NCBI GenBank assembly: GCA_002305165.1
Contig: DBQI01000028.1
Coordinates: forward strand, 6,801-70,800
Direction: 5' to 3'
Source: Armatimonadetes bacterium UBA1398
GTDB taxonomy: Bacteria; Armatimonadota; Zipacnadia; UBA1398
Length of the DNA: 64,000 nucleotides
In this document: piece after piece, positions 38,420 to 48,718 of the stretch
How positions within the stretch are numbered: position 1 is the stretch's first letter
Layout: each line of letters begins with the position of its first letter
Position numbers and translations under genes: made by a program
The notes under the pieces: model-generated
Told to the model about the DNA's origin: nothing
The model's input: only the letters and a program-made list of their open reading frames with translations
Database searches by the model: none

Positions 38420-39412
38420 TTGACGCCACGGGAGAGCATCCTGACCGCGCTGCGGCATGAGACCCCAAGCGGGCTTGTGCCGCATATAGAGCTGGAATAC
38501 CAATTGACAGCCGAGGAGTTCGGCATGGAGGCGGTTCGCGGTCATCACCTCGAGGGGAAGAGCGCCGCCGCTGCCGATGACCTGTTGAAGCGCAACGCCG
38601 ACCTGTGGGTAAGGGTCGCCGAGCGCTTCCGCTGGAGCGCCATCACAGGCACCCACTGGTTGCCCCTGGACGCCCAGTGCCGCTGCCTGGAGCTCATCCG
38701 GGAGCGGGCCGGCGACACCTACATGCTAACGGCGTTCCTCGACCCCACCTACTCCATACCTGCGGGTGAGCACATGATGGACCATGTGATATACCTCACC
38801 GACCACGCGGAAGAAGCGAAGGAGCAATCACGCCAGGCTGTGGCTAGTCAGTTGGGGGCCGCGCGTGCCTTGCGTGACGCGGGGGCCGAGATCGTCTTCA
38901 TGTGCGCTGACTACTGCTTCAACACCGGGCCGTTTCTGTCGCCGAGCATGTTCGCTGAGTTCGTCACGCCCATCCTCACGGAGTTCGTCGATGGCCTGCA
39001 CGAGCTCGGCATGTGGACCGTGAAGCACACGGATGGCGACATCATGCCAATCCTCGACCAGCTCGTCGCATCGGGTACCGACGCCATCCACTCCATCGAC
39101 CCCATGGCGGGCGTAGACATACGTGAGGTGCGCCGCCGTTGCGGCAGCGACGTGACCCTGTTCGGGAACGTTGACTGCAGCTACCTCCAGGAGGCACGGG
39201 AGGAGCTGATTCGCGAATCGACGCTCTATGCCCTCGAGTATGGGGGCGTGGATCGAGGGAGCTACGTCCTCGCCTCCTCGAACTGCATCTTCCGAGGCGT
39301 GCCACAGCGGAGCTACGACGTGATGCTGCAGATCCGTGAGGAGTACGGCTACCCGGGTTGCAGGCGCCCCATGGACGGACTGGAGCCGCCTAAGCCCATG
39401 GGCCAGAGGTAG
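38420..39412 (+). CDS. Uroporphyrinogen decarboxylase (URO-D) family protein, copy 2
   Basis: GAGGAGG RBS with TTG start. URO-D-like motifs (IVFMCADYCFNTGPFLSPSMF, HTDGDIMPILD). Confidence 0.6.
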   Translation: MTPRESILTALRHETPSGLVPHIELEYQLTAEEFGMEAVRGHHLEGKSAAAADDLLKRNADLWVRVAERFRWSAITGTHWLPLDAQCRCLELIRERAGDTYMLTAFLDPTYSIPAGEHMMDHVIYLTDHAEEAKEQSRQAVASQLGAARALRDAGAEIVFMCADYCFNTGPFLSPSMFAEFVTPILTEFVDGLHELGMWTVKHTDGDIMPILDQLVASGTDAIHSIDPMAGVDIREVRRRCGSDVTLFGNVDCSYLQEAREELIRESTLYALEYGGVDRGSYVLASSNCIFRGVPQRSYDVMLQIREEYGYPGCRRPMDGLEPPKPMGQR

Positions 39413-39516
39413 CGGCGTCAGTCAGCGAGGCATGTGATCATGGCTCGCCTCGGTTTGTCTTGCGGCCAGGTAGGTGTCGGCCATAGGGGGAACTACGGGG
39501 ACGAGGTGAGGTTGCC

Positions 39517-42500
39517 ATGACCCTTGGACTTCTTCTACTGATTGCCGCCCCAAGCCCGCTCGTGCCAGCCATCGCAGCAGCCCCCGACGGGCCCTGGCGC
39601 CTTGAAGGCGACGGCGCCGTGATCGCCGGCGAGGATCCCGTGATCGAGGTGCGTGGCACTGGCGATGACTCCTCGGCGTGGCTTGCTGATGTGGAGCTTG
39701 AGGCGGGCGCGCTCTACCGGTTGACCTTCGACATGCGCGGCACGGGCTCTGGAGTCTGCGCCGTAACGGGCCTGACCAGCGTCAACCACGACGTGGGGCC
39801 CACTACCGAGTGGCGGACCTACAGCCGGCTGATACGCGTGCCTGATGCCGACCTCGGAGGAGCCGCCGACGTGGCGGGGTCGGAGGCGCCGCCCGCGGGG
39901 CTGGTGACACTCCGGTTCGGGCAATGGCACTGGCGGGGCGCGATACAGTTCCGGCGTCTCCACCTCGCCCCCGCCCGGCCGGTTCACACAGGGCCCGCTG
40001 GCCTGGGCGACGGCGAGCGGATCCTGGATGGCGAGTACTCCTTCATGACCGACTTCTCCTCCGAGGGCGCGAGCTACTCGCGGCCGTTGGATGGCTGTCG
40101 TGCCACGTTCAACACGAACCGGTTCAATCTCGATGATGCCGCTGAGGTCACGTATCGCTTCTCCTGTCCCGACATCCGGCAGACCTCCGCCACCCTCCGC
40201 GCCCAGGTGGGCTACCACACATCGGGGGGCCTCGTGGCGGAGGCCCGCTCCTCCGGTGATGACTGGCTTGAGGTGGGGCAGATCGAGGGAGTGGGAAGTC
40301 TTTCCGCTGACCTTCCGCCGGCCCTGTTCCCCGCCGATCAGGTGCTCCTGCGGTTCCGAACCACTGATGGGGCCTACCTGCAGCTCCACGGCGTCGAGTA
40401 CCGGGCGGAGCTAGCCGCTAAGGATGCGTCCGGCGTCGGCAGCACCCTGTACGTCGAGGAGAGTGGCGGCCCGTCGCCGGTCGAGACCCAGTGGATCGCG
40501 GCAGGGCCCTCGGAGATCATCCTGTCCTTCTCCCACGACGGGCGTCGGCCCATGGGGGCCAACCTCGAGGTGGATCTGGCCGAGGAGACGATCGTCGATG
40601 AGCGCCTCGTGCTTCCACCGAGAGAGGAGGTCCTGCGCGCCATACCACTTCCCGGGACTGAAGCGGGCGCTCATCCTCTGGCCGTAACCGTCCGGGTGGG
40701 GCCGGACATCGTCTACCAAGGGGTCACCACTATCACGACGTCCGCGCTCGACGTGTCGAACTACGGACACGGACTCGTGAGCGCCGACGGCGGATCCTTG
40801 TGGTGGTGCGACTCAACGCGCAAGGTATCGACGAGCCGGCCCCCGGCGCCGGTGGCGGCGGAGCCAGTGGCGCCGGCTCTCTCAGCGGCCCGAGGTGAGT
40901 TCGAGGCCCTGCAGCTCGTCCTCCGCCCCGAGTCTCCCGTGACTGGCGTGCAGGTCAGCGTGACGGACCTCACCGGTCCCGGCGGCGTCATCGATGCCGG
41001 GAGCATCGCTATCGAACATGTCGAGTATGTCAACATCACGCGGCGCACCGATCCCACGGGAGTCGAGGGCGAGTGGCCTGATCCCCTGCCGCCGTATGAT
41101 GGAGCCTTCGACCTGACAGCAGGGCGCAACCATCCCCTGTGGATCCGCGTGCACGTGCCCTACGGCACCCCTGCAGGCGAGTACACGGGCACGCTGAGCA
41201 TCGAGGCGGAAGCAGGCGCACCGCCCTTTGATGAGCGGATCGAGGTGCCGCTCTCCATGCGTGTCTTCGACTTCGACTTGCCCCAGGCTCAAGACCTCAC
41301 GGCGACCTTCGGCATCAACCCGAGCGAGATCTGGCGCTACCACAACGTATGGGACCGGGCGGAGCAGGAGGCCGTCTGGGATCTCTACATGCGCAACTTC
41401 ATCGAACACCGGATCGCCCCCTACGATCCCATGGCGCTCTGGCCCATCCGCCTTACCATGGAGGGCATGGAGTGGTCGGCAGTGGAGCGCGACACCAGCA
41501 ATCCGGCGAGCGGCGCTGCATCGGCGAAGGTGACCGATGACACAACCACCGGCGCGACCAGCGTGGACCTCCTGCAACCAAAGGGAGTCGACCGCGAGAA
41601 GCCCCTCCTCGTCGAGTGGAGCGTCCGCACCGCGGAGGAGGGGCAGTCCTACCAGGTCAGCGTCATGAGCTACGACGCCAGCGGCTCTTGGATCCCCTAC
41701 CACAACATCGATGTCACGAAGCAAGGGGGCACTGAGTGGCAGCGTGATCGGTTCCAGATCGAGCCTGGGACGCTGCATCAGGATGCGCGCGCCGTTACGC
41801 TCGTGCTGCGGCCCACACCCTGGACGGAGGCGGGCGAAAGGACGGGCACGGCATGGTTCGACGACTTGTACCTCGGCGAGCCCGCAGGCGCTAATCTCCT
41901 CACAGATGCTGGTTTCGAGCCGTCGGAGGGGCTGCCCACCCCGGTTCTCGACTTCGACGAGTGGGATCGCGCCGCTGAGCGGTACATCGACGAGATGGGC
42001 ATGGCGGCCTTCTCCATAGCCATCCAGGGCATGGGAACGGGGACCTTCCATTCGCGCCAGCTTGGGCAACTGGGAGGGTACACGGCGGGCACTCCCGAGT
42101 ATGAGCGGATCTTCAGTGCTTACGTGGGACAGATCCGGCAGCACTTGGCGGAGAAGGGTTGGCTCGACAAGGCCTTCGTCTACTGGTTCGACGAGCCCGA
42201 GCCGAAGGACTACGAGTTCGTCATCGATGGCATGGACCGTCTGGCTCGTCACGCTCCCGGGCTTCGGCGGATGCTCACCGAGCAGGTGGAGCAGGAGCTC
42301 ATCGGCTATGTGGACGTCTGGTGCCCGCTCACGCCACAGCTGGAATCCGATCTTACTGATGATCGTATGGCCGCCGGGGACACCTTCTGGTGGTATGTCT
42401 GCACAGGTCCCAAGGCGCCTTGGGCCACCCTCTTCATCGATCACCCGGCCACGGAGCTCAGGGTCTGGTCGTGGCAGACTTACCAACACGGGGTCCGTGG

Positions 42501-42933
42501 TCTCCTCGTCTGGGCCACGAACTATTGGACCTCCGGCGCCGCCTACCCGGACCAGCCCCAGAACCCGTGGGAGGACCCCATGAGCTACGTGTCCGGCTAC
42601 AGCTTCCAGGCTGGGGACGTCGGCTACTGGGGCAACGGCGACGGCCGATTCATCTACCCGCCCAACCGCGATCCCCTCGACACGGAGACCAAGTACCTCA
42701 CCGGCCCCGTGAACTCCCTGAGGTGGGAGATGCTGCGCGATGGGATCGAGGACTACGAGTACCTGCGGATCCTGGAGGGGCTCGCAGTTGCGGCGAACGA
42801 CGCCGAGGCCCTGGCGCTGCTCGAGATCCCTGAGGAGATCAGTGCAAGCCTGACCCAGTTCGCGACGGACTCTACGCCCATCTACGAGCACCGGCTCAAG
42901 GTCGCAGAGGCCATCGAGCGGCTCAGCAGGTAG
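39517..42933 (+). CDS. Large secreted protein with C-terminal DUF4091 (GH123-like glycoside hydrolase-associated) domain
   Basis: Signal peptide MTLGLLLLIAAPSPLVPAIAAA. C-terminal FWWYVCTGPKAPWATLFIDHPATELRVWSWQTYQHGVRGLLVWATNYW matches DUF4091. Confidence 0.55.
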   Translation: MTLGLLLLIAAPSPLVPAIAAAPDGPWRLEGDGAVIAGEDPVIEVRGTGDDSSAWLADVELEAGALYRLTFDMRGTGSGVCAVTGLTSVNHDVGPTTEWRTYSRLIRVPDADLGGAADVAGSEAPPAGLVTLRFGQWHWRGAIQFRRLHLAPARPVHTGPAGLGDGERILDGEYSFMTDFSSEGASYSRPLDGCRATFNTNRFNLDDAAEVTYRFSCPDIRQTSATLRAQVGYHTSGGLVAEARSSGDDWLEVGQIEGVGSLSADLPPALFPADQVLLRFRTTDGAYLQLHGVEYRAELAAKDASGVGSTLYVEESGGPSPVETQWIAAGPSEIILSFSHDGRRPMGANLEVDLAEETIVDERLVLPPREEVLRAIPLPGTEAGAHPLAVTVRVGPDIVYQGVTTITTSALDVSNYGHGLVSADGGSLWWCDSTRKVSTSRPPAPVAAEPVAPALSAARGEFEALQLVLRPESPVTGVQVSVTDLTGPGGVIDAGSIAIEHVEYVNITRRTDPTGVEGEWPDPLPPYDGAFDLTAGRNHPLWIRVHVPYGTPAGEYTGTLSIEAEAGAPPFDERIEVPLSMRVFDFDLPQAQDLTATFGINPSEIWRYHNVWDRAEQEAVWDLYMRNFIEHRIAPYDPMALWPIRLTMEGMEWSAVERDTSNPASGAASAKVTDDTTTGATSVDLLQPKGVDREKPLLVEWSVRTAEEGQSYQVSVMSYDASGSWIPYHNIDVTKQGGTEWQRDRFQIEPGTLHQDARAVTLVLRPTPWTEAGERTGTAWFDDLYLGEPAGANLLTDAGFEPSEGLPTPVLDFDEWDRAAERYIDEMGMAAFSIAIQGMGTGTFHSRQLGQLGGYTAGTPEYERIFSAYVGQIRQHLAEKGWLDKAFVYWFDEPEPKDYEFVIDGMDRLARHAPGLRRMLTEQVEQELIGYVDVWCPLTPQLESDLTDDRMAAGDTFWWYVCTGPKAPWATLFIDHPATELRVWSWQTYQHGVRGLLVWATNYWTSGAAYPDQPQNPWEDPMSYVSGYSFQAGDVGYWGNGDGRFIYPPNRDPLDTETKYLTGPVNSLRWEMLRDGIEDYEYLRILEGLAVAANDAEALALLEIPEEISASLTQFATDSTPIYEHRLKVAEAIERLSR

Positions 42934-43900
42934 ACCAATCGAACACGTACGTGAGGACCTCGCCCCGGTGGTGCACTAGGTTCTGGTAAGCCTCCTGACA
43001 TCGCCGGGGCGAGGTGACCTCGTAGAGTCCGCTGACGTCGACCCGTCCCCGGGCGAGCCATTCCATGGCCGCCGCGAAGTTGCCGTAGATGCTCCCACGG
43101 CGGAACTCCTGGGGCTGGAGGGGTACCTCCCACTCCCATCCGCTGCGAACGGTTACGTACTGGTGGAAGACGGCGTGGAGCAGATCGTGGGCGGGGGTGT
43201 CGGCGGTGCGCTTCCAGGGCACCCCAACCAGGATCATCTCGCCGCCCTTGCGGACCGCTCTGCACGCGTCTACCGCCGCCGGCTCGGTGCCGGAGCACTC
43301 CAGCGCGAGGCCGATCTGGCCGGCGAATGCCGGATCCTCGCACGGCACACCCTCCAGCGCGACAGCCACGCCCTTCGCCCTTGCCCGCGCGCGCCGAGCC
43401 TCATCGGGGTCACACCCGATGACCCGGTATCCGGTCGAGTCGAAGATCATGGCGCCGAGAAGCCCTACGATGCCCAGTCCCGTCACCAGCACCCCGTCGG
43501 GGGGACGTGCCGCCGTCGTCGTCAGGGCCGACATGGTGATCCCCATCAGGCGGCAGAAGACGGCGACCTCGGGGGCCAGCCCCTCGGGCACGGGCCGTGT
43601 CTCGATAGCCTCCACTCTCTGCCAGCTCCGATGCTGCCCCTGAGCGAAGACCCGGTCGCCCGGGCGGACCCCCTGGACCCCCTCCCCCACCCGCTCGACC
43701 TCAAGGATCGCGGCATATCCCTGGGTGTTCGGAAAGGGGCCGTTTCGGTAGCCCCAGTTCATCTCGGTTCCCGGGCTGATGAGCGAGACGAGCGTACGGC
43801 CTTCGATCTGGCTGGCCGAAAGAGCGGCCTGAGGCCGCTCGCAGGGTGCTAGCTCGGCCTCGAAGGGGGCCACGTTGGCGACACACCACTCTTGGGCCAT
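42923..43900 (-). CDS. Zinc-binding alcohol dehydrogenase (MDR) family protein
   Basis: Start at MAQEWCV (ATG 43900), not the listed 44071. GLGIVGLLG Rossmann motif. MDR-like catalytic domain. Confidence 0.75.
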   Translation of the reverse strand: MAQEWCVANVAPFEAELAPCERPQAALSASQIEGRTLVSLISPGTEMNWGYRNGPFPNTQGYAAILEVERVGEGVQGVRPGDRVFAQGQHRSWQRVEAIETRPVPEGLAPEVAVFCRLMGITMSALTTTAARPPDGVLVTGLGIVGLLGAMIFDSTGYRVIGCDPDEARRARARAKGVAVALEGVPCEDPAFAGQIGLALECSGTEPAAVDACRAVRKGGEMILVGVPWKRTADTPAHDLLHAVFHQYVTVRSGWEWEVPLQPQEFRRGSIYGNFAAAMEWLARGRVDVSGLYEVTSPRRCQEAYQNLVHHRGEVLTYVFDWSTC

Positions 43901-44736
43901 CAGACGAAGGTCACCCCGATCTCCTCTGCCACTGCGCGGATGTGCGCGATGGCCGCGTCGTACTGCTCGGGCGTCTGGAGATGCTCCACCATCAGCGGAG
44001 TGTCGGGGTCTAGGTCGTTCAGTGCCCCAAGGAGTGCCGCATAGTCCAGATTGCCCTCGCCGGGTAGACACTCGTCGAGATGCAGGGTGAGTTGGGGCCG
44101 GATGACGATGTCCTTGGCATGGCAGCTGCGGATGTGAGGCCCCAGCCGATCCACGAAGTCCGTGATGAATGTCCCCGAGCCGTAGTACCGGTAGGGGCTG
44201 TTGATCATGTTGACGGGATCGAAGTGCACCGCGAACCTCGGCCTGTCGATGGCCCGGAGCAGGCTCTCACAGTCTTCCGCGGAGGTGGGATACAGATAGG
44301 GCATGCACTCGAGAGTGTAGTCGGCGCGCTCGGGCGACACGGCATCGATGATCTCCTGCACCGAGGCCACGACGAGGTCGAATGTGCCTGCCGTCATGTT
44401 GGCATCATCAGGCCCGTCCCACTGCTGGCCGATGGCTCCGGAGATGTTCACGCAGCATCGGGCCCCGATCCGCTCTGCCAGGTCTAGCTGCCTCTTGCAC
44501 AGGTCCATCGCCGCCGTGCGCGTCGCCTTATCCTGGCTCAGCGGGTTGCTCCAAGCTCCCACCTCAGCGATGACGATCCCGACTTCTGCCGCGGCCTCGG
44601 AGTAGGCCGCAACCGTCCCCGCGTCCGCGTCATGGCCGATGGGACAGTATGCCGCTCCGTACCCTCGAACCACGTGGGCCTTCGCCCATAGCCCCGGAGT
44701 GCTCACGTCGCCGAACACCGGTGCGCCCAGTCTCAT
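43900..44736 (-). CDS. Sugar phosphate isomerase/epimerase (xylose isomerase-like TIM barrel)
   Basis: 278 aa. TIM-barrel isomerase-like conserved E/H/D pattern. 1-nt overlap with the downstream ADH gene. Confidence 0.65.
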   Translation of the reverse strand: MRLGAPVFGDVSTPGLWAKAHVVRGYGAAYCPIGHDADAGTVAAYSEAAAEVGIVIAEVGAWSNPLSQDKATRTAAMDLCKRQLDLAERIGARCCVNISGAIGQQWDGPDDANMTAGTFDLVVASVQEIIDAVSPERADYTLECMPYLYPTSAEDCESLLRAIDRPRFAVHFDPVNMINSPYRYYGSGTFITDFVDRLGPHIRSCHAKDIVIRPQLTLHLDECLPGEGNLDYAALLGALNDLDPDTPLMVEHLQTPEQYDAAIAHIRAVAEEIGVTFV

Positions 44737-44821
44737 TCGCGGGTTCCTCCATCCGACGGGCGCAGCGCGCGCCCCGTGCTGACGTGCGCCACGAGGCGCG
44801 CGAACTCCTGCCTGCGGAGGT

Positions 44822-46963
44822 CTACCGGCCCGGCGGAGCAGGAGGGGGGCCGATCCGCTCCATTTGAGCGATCAGCCTCGCCCTGAGGGCCGGGTCCATG
44901 CTCTCAGTCGCCGAGCGGCTGGCCGCGGAATCGGGGTCGGGGAGGTCTATGCCCCGCCACACCAACTCCAGGTCATCCTTGTAGGAGTATACCCACACTG
45001 AATGGTAGGGCGGGATACGATCGCGAGCGATACCGGTGTCCAATTCGCGGTCAGCCACCTGCTCGTAACGCTCGATGTCTGGGTTCCAGATGTACGCGAA
45101 GCCCGCGATGTAGTAGGTGTCCCAAGCCTGCTCCAGCGAGCCTAGGGGCTCTCCCGTGCTCCTTACACGCACCTTTATGGCATCGGCGTCCCATACCATG
45201 GCGCGGTCGTAGGGATTGCCCAGGAGGCTCCAGCCGGCGTCGACGGGCACGGAGACATACTCGGACGGCACGGCTCGGTAGCGCATGTCGAACAGCGCGT
45301 TCACCGGGGTCTCGAGGTAAGCGAAGAAGCCGCCTGCCGCAGTGAGACGATCGGTCGGCAGCCAATCCTGGCCCACTGGGTTCCAGCTCAAGAGGTTGCA
45401 CGGGGCGGTCAGGAAGACATCCTCCGGCAGGGCGTCAACGGGCGAGCCCATCTGCACCCATCCCGAGGCCAATCCAGGGCGCACGGTGATCGCTCCGCTG
45501 GGAGGCGGGGAATCGTCCTCGCCCTCACCGGGATCCCATGGATCCGGCGCCTCGTACTCGCCACCGCTGAGGACCCTCAGCGCATGGTCGACCTGTATCA
45601 GCCCATAGCCGTAGGTCTGGTCCTTGCCCGACGGACCTAGGTCGAGGCACGACTCGCGGAAGATGCCCCGCACGGCCTCCGTGTTGTTCGGCGCATTCAG
45701 GCCGTAGGAGAAGAGCATCGCTACGGCTCCGGTGACATGGGGAGTCGCCATGCTCGTGCCCTGGAGGTACACGAAGTCGAACTCCGTGGGGTCCGGGAGA
45801 ATGCTCGTGATACTCTTCAGCGTCTGCTGCAGAATCCCGTCCGGTCGGCCATCGCTGTCCAGGTCGGCGTCCGTGTCGCCTCCCGGAGCAACCACATCGA
45901 CCTCCGGGCCCCGGTTCGAGTAACGCGTCACGTCATTGCGTCGGTCCGTTGCCCCCACACAGATGGTGGTGTTGTAGCCTGCGGGGTAGCCTACCTCGGC
46001 GCCGTCGTTGCCCGACGCCGCGACGACCACCACGTTCCTGTCGTACGCATACTGGCAGGCCTCGCGCATCGTCATATCGGGCGTCGGGCCGCCCAGGCTA
46101 AGGTTGATGACATTGGCGCCATTGTCGACAGCGTATCGGATGCCCGCCGCGACGTCATAGCTGGTGCCCCCACCCATCATGTCGAGGACTTTGATCGGCA
46201 TTATCGTCACGTGGGGAGCGACCCCGACTACGCCGAGGCCGTTGTCCGTGCTCTGAGCGATCGTTCCCGTCACGTGCGTGCCGTGGCCCTGATCGTCGAT
46301 CGCGTAGCTGTCTCCATGCACGAAGTCGTAGCCCGTTGTGAACCGCGTTGAGCCCAAGTCAGGCGCCTTGCGGAATAGGCCGACGTCCGCGTACGCGACG
46401 CCTGTATCCACAACGGCGACGACCACGTTGGCGCTACCGCCACCATAGGCGGCCCAGGCCTCGGGAACTCGGATGGCTCGCATGTTCCATTGGCGCGAGA
46501 AGAGGGGGTCGTTCACGTTGGGGAAGGCCCCGACCGTGGCGTCCACGCACGTCGTAATCAGGAGATTCGGCTCGACGTACTCGACATCTGCCATTCCCGC
46601 GTACTGCGTCATGATCGACAGAAGCGTGGTGGCCTCAGGCACCTCCAGTAACTGCAGCAACCCGCCCAGGAGGCTGTCGAGTTGGCGGACGCCCGTCTCG
46701 TCTCGGATCGCCGCCATCTCGGCGCCGCTCGTGCCGTCTTTGAACCGGACGATCATCTGCCTGGGCACGAGGTAATCCTCGTACTGGGTGAATAGCGATG
46801 ACAGAGAGGTCCCCGAGTGGGTCTCTCCGGGTAGAGGCGGATCCCCCACCGTGCTCGGCTGGATGAATGCGGTGCCACACCCAGACGCTAGCAGTGCTGC
46901 AAGGAGGAACGCCGCCACTCCGAGGCTCGCGAACGGCGTAGTCCGACGGGAGCTGCGTAGCAT
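44822..46963 (-). CDS. S8 family (subtilisin-like) serine peptidase lipoprotein
   Basis: Lipobox LLASGC. Catalytic triad contexts VVDTGV (Asp), HGTHVTGT (His), GTSMATPHVTG (Ser). Confidence 0.85.
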   Translation of the reverse strand: MLRSSRRTTPFASLGVAAFLLAALLASGCGTAFIQPSTVGDPPLPGETHSGTSLSSLFTQYEDYLVPRQMIVRFKDGTSGAEMAAIRDETGVRQLDSLLGGLLQLLEVPEATTLLSIMTQYAGMADVEYVEPNLLITTCVDATVGAFPNVNDPLFSRQWNMRAIRVPEAWAAYGGGSANVVVAVVDTGVAYADVGLFRKAPDLGSTRFTTGYDFVHGDSYAIDDQGHGTHVTGTIAQSTDNGLGVVGVAPHVTIMPIKVLDMMGGGTSYDVAAGIRYAVDNGANVINLSLGGPTPDMTMREACQYAYDRNVVVVAASGNDGAEVGYPAGYNTTICVGATDRRNDVTRYSNRGPEVDVVAPGGDTDADLDSDGRPDGILQQTLKSITSILPDPTEFDFVYLQGTSMATPHVTGAVAMLFSYGLNAPNNTEAVRGIFRESCLDLGPSGKDQTYGYGLIQVDHALRVLSGGEYEAPDPWDPGEGEDDSPPPSGAITVRPGLASGWVQMGSPVDALPEDVFLTAPCNLLSWNPVGQDWLPTDRLTAAGGFFAYLETPVNALFDMRYRAVPSEYVSVPVDAGWSLLGNPYDRAMVWDADAIKVRVRSTGEPLGSLEQAWDTYYIAGFAYIWNPDIERYEQVADRELDTGIARDRIPPYHSVWVYSYKDDLELVWRGIDLPDPDSAASRSATESMDPALRARLIAQMERIGPPPAPPGR

Positions 46964-47100
46964 GTGCTATACCCTCTTTCCCCCGGCCAGCGCTCACGCG
47001 GTATCTGGCCGTCCAGAGTGATTCACGGACGCTGGAGCCACTGATGGCGTTCCGCGTGGGCGGCTGATCCCCCTACGCAACGCCGGGCCACTTGGTCGCG

Positions 47101-47129
47101 TTGACGCAGCCCCGGGCCCAGCGTACAGT
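47101..47129 (+). promoter_or_regulatory. Sigma70-like promoter (TTGACG, 17-nt spacer, TACAGT) upstream of the metallophosphoesterase gene
   Basis: Direct sequence match 20 nt upstream of the GAGGGAGG RBS. Confidence 0.4.
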
Positions 47130-47148
47130 GCGTGAGGGAGGCGCTCCG

Positions 47149-48039
47149 ATGCGTCACTGTGCCACGGCCTTCAGCGTCATACTCACACTGTCCATACCCG
47201 CCGCGGGCCAAGGTATCGACTTGACCTTCTTCGGCTGGTCCGATCAGCATATCCAGGCTAACGGCGACTGGGCCCACTGCCAACCCGCCATCGAGGCCAT
47301 GCTGGAGCTGGCCGGCACCCCCTACCCCGAGTCCATCGGAGGTGTCGTGGCGGAGCCCGCTTTCATCATCAGTGCTGGCGATACCACGGAGTGGCCCACC
47401 CATGCTGCCGTTGAGTCCTACCGCGAGATGACGGCGCTTCTCCCCTGGCCCACCTACGAGCTTGCCGGCAACCACGATGACGGCGGTGCGGTGCCGAGTG
47501 AGACCTTCCTCAACTACGTGCGCGAGAAGCACGGCAGCCTCGACTACGCCTTTGACGCCGGAGGGGTCCACTTCAGCTGCCTCTTCACCTCCCTGGAGCG
47601 CGGGACCGACAACCCAGCCGGACCCGTGTTCCCCGAGCAACTGGCGCACCTGCGCGCCGATCTAGCGGGGCAGAGCGCTTCGACGCCTGTCGTTGTCGCC
47701 ATGCACCACTGCTCCGACTCCCTCACCAACATGCCCGAGGTGCTCGCGGCCATGGCTGGGAGGCGGGTCATCCTCGTGCTGGGAGGCCACTATCACAAGC
47801 CTGTGCTGACGGTACATGGCGGCATACCATTCCACCAGCTCCCCTCGCCAAAGAGCGACATCCCCGCCGTCACCGTGTTCCGAGTTACGGATGAACGCCT
47901 GGTAGGGGTCACCTGGGACTACGCCAACAGCGCATGGCTAGACACCCCCGTGCTCGATGTTCCCCTCCAAACGCCGGCCCCCGGCGAGGCGGGCGCGTCG
48001 GAGGAGGATGCTGGCCCGGAAGGAGCTGCCCAGTCGTGA
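47149..48039 (+). CDS. Metallophosphoesterase (calcineurin-like), secreted
   Basis: Signal peptide MRHCATAFSVILTLSIPAAG. GD motif (SAGDTTEW). GNHD motif. GGHYH motif. Confidence 0.7.
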   Translation: MRHCATAFSVILTLSIPAAGQGIDLTFFGWSDQHIQANGDWAHCQPAIEAMLELAGTPYPESIGGVVAEPAFIISAGDTTEWPTHAAVESYREMTALLPWPTYELAGNHDDGGAVPSETFLNYVREKHGSLDYAFDAGGVHFSCLFTSLERGTDNPAGPVFPEQLAHLRADLAGQSASTPVVVAMHHCSDSLTNMPEVLAAMAGRRVILVLGGHYHKPVLTVHGGIPFHQLPSPKSDIPAVTVFRVTDERLVGVTWDYANSAWLDTPVLDVPLQTPAPGEAGASEEDAGPEGAAQS

Positions 48040-48593
48040 ACGCCGTGTCAAGACTATCGGATGCAAGCACGAGCCTCCTACTGGTCATCGACCTGCAGGA
48101 GAGACTGCTGCCGCGGATCCACGAGTCCGAGCGCGTTGTGGCGCGGTCCGTGCGGCTGATTGAGGGCGCGAGGCTCTTGGGAATCCCGATCCTGGCTACC
48201 GAGCAGTATCCAAAGGGCATCGGCCCGACGGTGGAGCCCGTCAGGTCGCTGCTCGAGGGCGTCCCCACCTTCGCGAAGACGTCATTCGGCGCGCTGGGCG
48301 ATGCTGCCGTTGCCCAGGCGGTGGAGGGTATAGGGCCGCGAACCCTCGTGCTGGTGGGTATCGAGGCCCATGTCTGCATCACTCAGACCGCCCTGCAGGG
48401 GCTCGACGGAGGCATGGACGTCCACGTGGTCACCGATGCGGTCAGCTCCCGCAGTCCTAGCGACCTCGCCGTCGGCCTACAGAGGATGGCCGCCGCCGGA
48501 GCCACCCCCGTGACGAGCGAGATGGCGCTCTATGAGTGGCTGCGCGATGCCGCCTCCCCGTGCTTCAAGGACGTGCTGAAGCTGGTCAAATGA
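48036..48593 (+). CDS. Isochorismatase family (cysteine hydrolase) protein
   Basis: LLLVIDLQ motif. Catalytic Cys context GIEAHVCITQTA. GTG start overlaps the upstream stop. Confidence 0.75.
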   Translation: MNAVSRLSDASTSLLLVIDLQERLLPRIHESERVVARSVRLIEGARLLGIPILATEQYPKGIGPTVEPVRSLLEGVPTFAKTSFGALGDAAVAQAVEGIGPRTLVLVGIEAHVCITQTALQGLDGGMDVHVVTDAVSSRSPSDLAVGLQRMAAAGATPVTSEMALYEWLRDAASPCFKDVLKLVK

Positions 48594-48718
48594 GAGCACT
48601 GGTGTAGACCCGACGGGTGCCCAATGCTATACTGAATGTGCTCAATGTTCCCCACTCTGGCGCTGTAATGCCCAGCAACGACGAGGACCTTACTGACTAT
48701 CCGGAGGTCTGTTTTCTC

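Noticed and set aside
40882-42891. 669-aa minus-strand ORF inside the DUF4091 gene
   Set aside because: Antisense to a gene with a clear signal peptide and a DUF4091 C-terminal signature. The translation is low complexity (Arg/Gly/Pro/Val).
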